IMG/VR virus record: IMGVR_UViG_3300041964_000068
Coordinates: 1 to 64,000 of that record
DNA length: 64,000 nucleotides
From: a virus
Reading direction: 5' to 3' (one strand)
Positions 61,401-64,000 of this stretch are shown here, in pieces (position 1 is the first letter of the stretch; every line of letters begins with the position of its first letter). The translations under genes were made by a program, and so were the position numbers. The notes beneath the pieces are model-generated. The model had not been told where the DNA came from. It saw only the letters and a program-made list of their open reading frames with translations, and ran no database searches.

Positions 61401-64000
61401 TTTCAGGCGAGACTGAAAAGCTTTCGCGTAAGTAGAAGCTTGTTCCTTCGCCGCCTGCATAATATTTTGCGGGGACAAGCTTTGAATAAGCTGTTTCGCG
61501 CCTGCAAACATACTTGCTCGCGGCGGCGAAGCCATCTTCTCATTGTTAAACGGCTCCAGCCCCGCCCCTTCAAATTCTTGGGGGGAGACGGGATGATTAC
61601 TGGTTCGCCGCTGTCCCAAGAACCCAAAGAAACGCTCATGAAAGTCAGGCCGACCCAGATACTCCGACAGCTTGTGATTTTGGCCTGCGCCCGACAGCAT
61701 TTGCAAGGCGGGATCGGGTCTACCAAACTTGCGTACCATTGGGGCGAGCAAGTCCCCTTCTCCCAAGAAAGCTCGAAACTTCTCAGGATCGCTCCCCATC
61801 AGGCCGAAGGTTGGAGTCCCAATTCCAACCGCCTTCGACTCTACCCCCATATGTTGAAGAATTTGCTGAGACTCGCGAGCGACATATCCCCCGGCACTGT
61901 AGCCCGCAAAATTAACCGGGAGTCCGGTCTGTCGATGTCTCGCAAGACCAACGGCGGCAGCTTCGATCGCGTCGGGGTTGAACGCCTCTAGAACGTTGTG
62001 CCTGAACGCTTTGCCGATTACTTCTGCGATGAATTTCCGCTTTTTCGCGAATGAAACGCTCGTGTCAGTGGCGACATTCTCGATATGTTCGATCAAGAAG
62101 TCAGTTCCCGCCAGCTTGCCGATGCGCTCCGCGACCGACTTTCCGGTTTTCCCGCGCTGCCCTGCGAATCCGCCGGAAACCACCATGATCGACTTCGCTT
62201 GACTGGAGTAATCCCCCATTTGCTTGCCAAGCTCGTTCGCCCGCTTCATCACCATCTCAGCAGATTTCTTTAGCTGAGCCTGCTGCCGTGCCTTCAGCGC
62301 CTCGATCGGAGACATCATCTTGACGATGTTTTGCAGCCCCGATGAAATGCTGCTGTAGGCGGAAGCAACCGAGCGTTGAGCGGCCTTGGCGGAATTGGCG
62401 ATCAGTTCCGCTCCCAACATTCGCGGATCAATTGCGCCCGCCTCGTCGCCATTCAATCCGCCTGGTTTTCTTCTCGCCGCCAGCATTCCGATGAAGCGCT
62501 GCTTGAACGAAGCATTCCCGCGCAGTGATTGCTCTTGCTGGTAGATTCGCTCTGTGACAGCGCGAGGCTGATTTTCCGGCTTCGGGGAAGTCCACTCTCG
62601 CTTAAGCGAGTTCTCAATTTTGGTGAATTGACCTTTTGCAGCACGAGCAATCGGAGCCTCAAGCCCCTGCTCGATCGCAATTTCGAGCATTGCCCGCCCT
62701 TCGGCAATGCCTTCGATAATTTCTTTGCCGACCGCTTCCGCCTCTCCGGTGAGGCCGTCTGCAATTAACGACTTGAGTCGATCGACCTTGCCTTTAATCT
62801 GCCCGCTACGTTCTCGAACGATGCGGCGAAGCGATTCGGCGTCAGGGTTGGCTGAGGCAGGCGCGAGTCCTGGTGTTTGAGCCTGTAGCCTCGTGAGCCT
62901 TTGCGATTCCCGATAGGCCGCTTCCGCCTCGGTGATTTGCTTCTTGGGGATGACGGGCGCGGCGGTGGCTGGCGAGGTGGGGGGAGTGGGGGGTTTCTCG
63001 ATTGACTCGATCGAGACGGGCATTGCCCCAGGTACACCAAATACTGACTGCAAATTAGCCAGCAGTTGATTTTTAACGATCTTGTAAACTCGCTCTTGAT
63101 CGGCGTCAGTGAATCCAATCGTTTTCTCGCCTTCACCCGCATACTTCGCCCCGAACGGCTCCAGTACACCCTCGACCGCCGACCCGCCCAGCGTCGTATT
63201 GACAGCGGCAAGGTACTGATATTGTTGTGGGTGAAAAGGAATGGCGGAGTTGTCGAACTGCGGGGCAACCCCAAAGATTTTTTGCAGACTCGCATGAGCC
63301 TTGTCGATCTTGGCGATGTCGATTCGATCTGATCCCTGCAAAGCATCAACGATGTCTTGCATGATCTGCTTGAACGCCTTGCCTTCTTCTAGGGCTTTGC
63401 CCTTAATGCGCTTACTGACCTCGAATTCTGAAGCGGCATATTCTAGATCGGCCTTCTCCTGAGATTCCCCGTAGGTTTTTCTCAGCTTGCCGTCCTCTGT
63501 GACAAAGGCATACTTCCCGGCCTGTAACTCTGATTGTGCCTGAGTATCCCCCTTCAATACGCCCAGCGTTCGCGTCACTGATTCAAACTGCCCGTACATA
63601 TCGGCGTACATCTTGAACGCCGCAGTACCTTCCTTGCCTTGAAACTCTTTCGCAACCGGAGAGGTATGAGTCCCCAGGAATTTGACCAACTCAGCCTGAG
63701 TACCCGGATCAGCCATGAACTGACCCAGGTGATGCGCGACACCTGCGCCGGGGATTACTGCTGTGTTGCGGCTGGGAGCGAGCAATCCAGTCAGGGCGTC
63801 AGCGCCCAGCGGTAGCTGCTTCAGCGACTCGTCAAGAATTTTTAGCTGGGCTTTGCTGAGCTTTGAGCGATCGATATGCTTCGTTCCGAACGAAGCCATG
63901 TACATCGGATCTTGATCGCCCACGAACGCCTGAAAGTTTTTAGCGCTGGCGGTCTGGGTTAGCCCGTACAGCCCCAATGTCGCGCCGAATCCCTTCGTGT
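55475..64000 (-). CDS. Giant tape-measure protein (>2800 aa, 5' end outside window, frameshifted) with alpha/beta-hydrolase, tape-measure, M23 peptidase and lysozyme-like domains
   Basis: GYSAGG; QLSLEELRGQLAEALP; GYGNQV...YAHL...GRTGSTTGAHV; MSWESGG...GLIQF; C-terminal GFAEGGEV...LTPGEEVL...IQKEKRPGGSL. Confidence 0.9.

Noticed and set aside
55853-63349. Numerous plus-strand and alternate-frame ORFs over the TMP (and similar shadow ORFs elsewhere, e.g. 2088..2708, 36419..36940)
   Set aside because: Antisense shadows of well-supported genes with no recognisable motifs
63690-63760. GVAHHLGQ in the TMP N-terminal part as a zincin HExxH metallopeptidase
   Set aside because: Lacks the Glu and the second His, and the domain is truncated by the window edge
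1-64000. tRNA/rRNA genes, IS elements, capsid/terminase genes
   Set aside because: None recognised by eye; a tRNAscan/Infernal run would be needed to exclude small RNAs

Overview
The whole window looks like part of a large temperate siphovirus (or its prophage) of a cyanobacterium, probably a filamentous one. Evidence for the host: several cyanobacteria-type small genes (DUF2811-like, an MGEAKRRK-motif protein, the Ycf46/DUF1257/DUF2997 trio, a PatX-like peptide) and abundant CGATCG. No host housekeeping genes, capsid or terminase are visible. Modules from left to right: (1) a DNA-hypermodification operon (ParB-like, LexA-type HTH, TET/JBP dioxygenase, GREB1/TAGT-like glycosyltransferase); (2) early genes (Acb2/Tad1-like hairpin protein, adenine MTase, Erf, DUF4326, RNase AS-like); (3) a ~5 kb operon of membrane proteins around an FtsK/HerA-like ATPase fused to an HNH-like domain, divergent from an HTH + PAS-like pair; (4) a secreted PatX-like peptide (HRASGR) and a second ParB; (5) a lambda-like tail-tip module (M, L, K, I, J with an N-terminal Hint domain, fibres, two HNH genes) plus a second gpM-like gene fused to a GH8-like enzyme on the opposite strand; (6) replication and integration (RusA, DnaB, initiator with 5 iterons, large serine recombinase); (7) early genes (RNA ligase, DUF5131, AAA ATPase, DUF1257, DUF2997, SAM-MTase, PadR); (8) a giant tape-measure protein carrying esterase, M23 and lysozyme-like domains. 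A 14-bp palindrome RCTTA-N4-TAAGY recurs in many intergenic regions. Many genes are broken by single-base frameshifts, most likely long-read sequencing errors, so coordinates of those genes are approximate. All family calls are by-eye motif recognition, not database searches.
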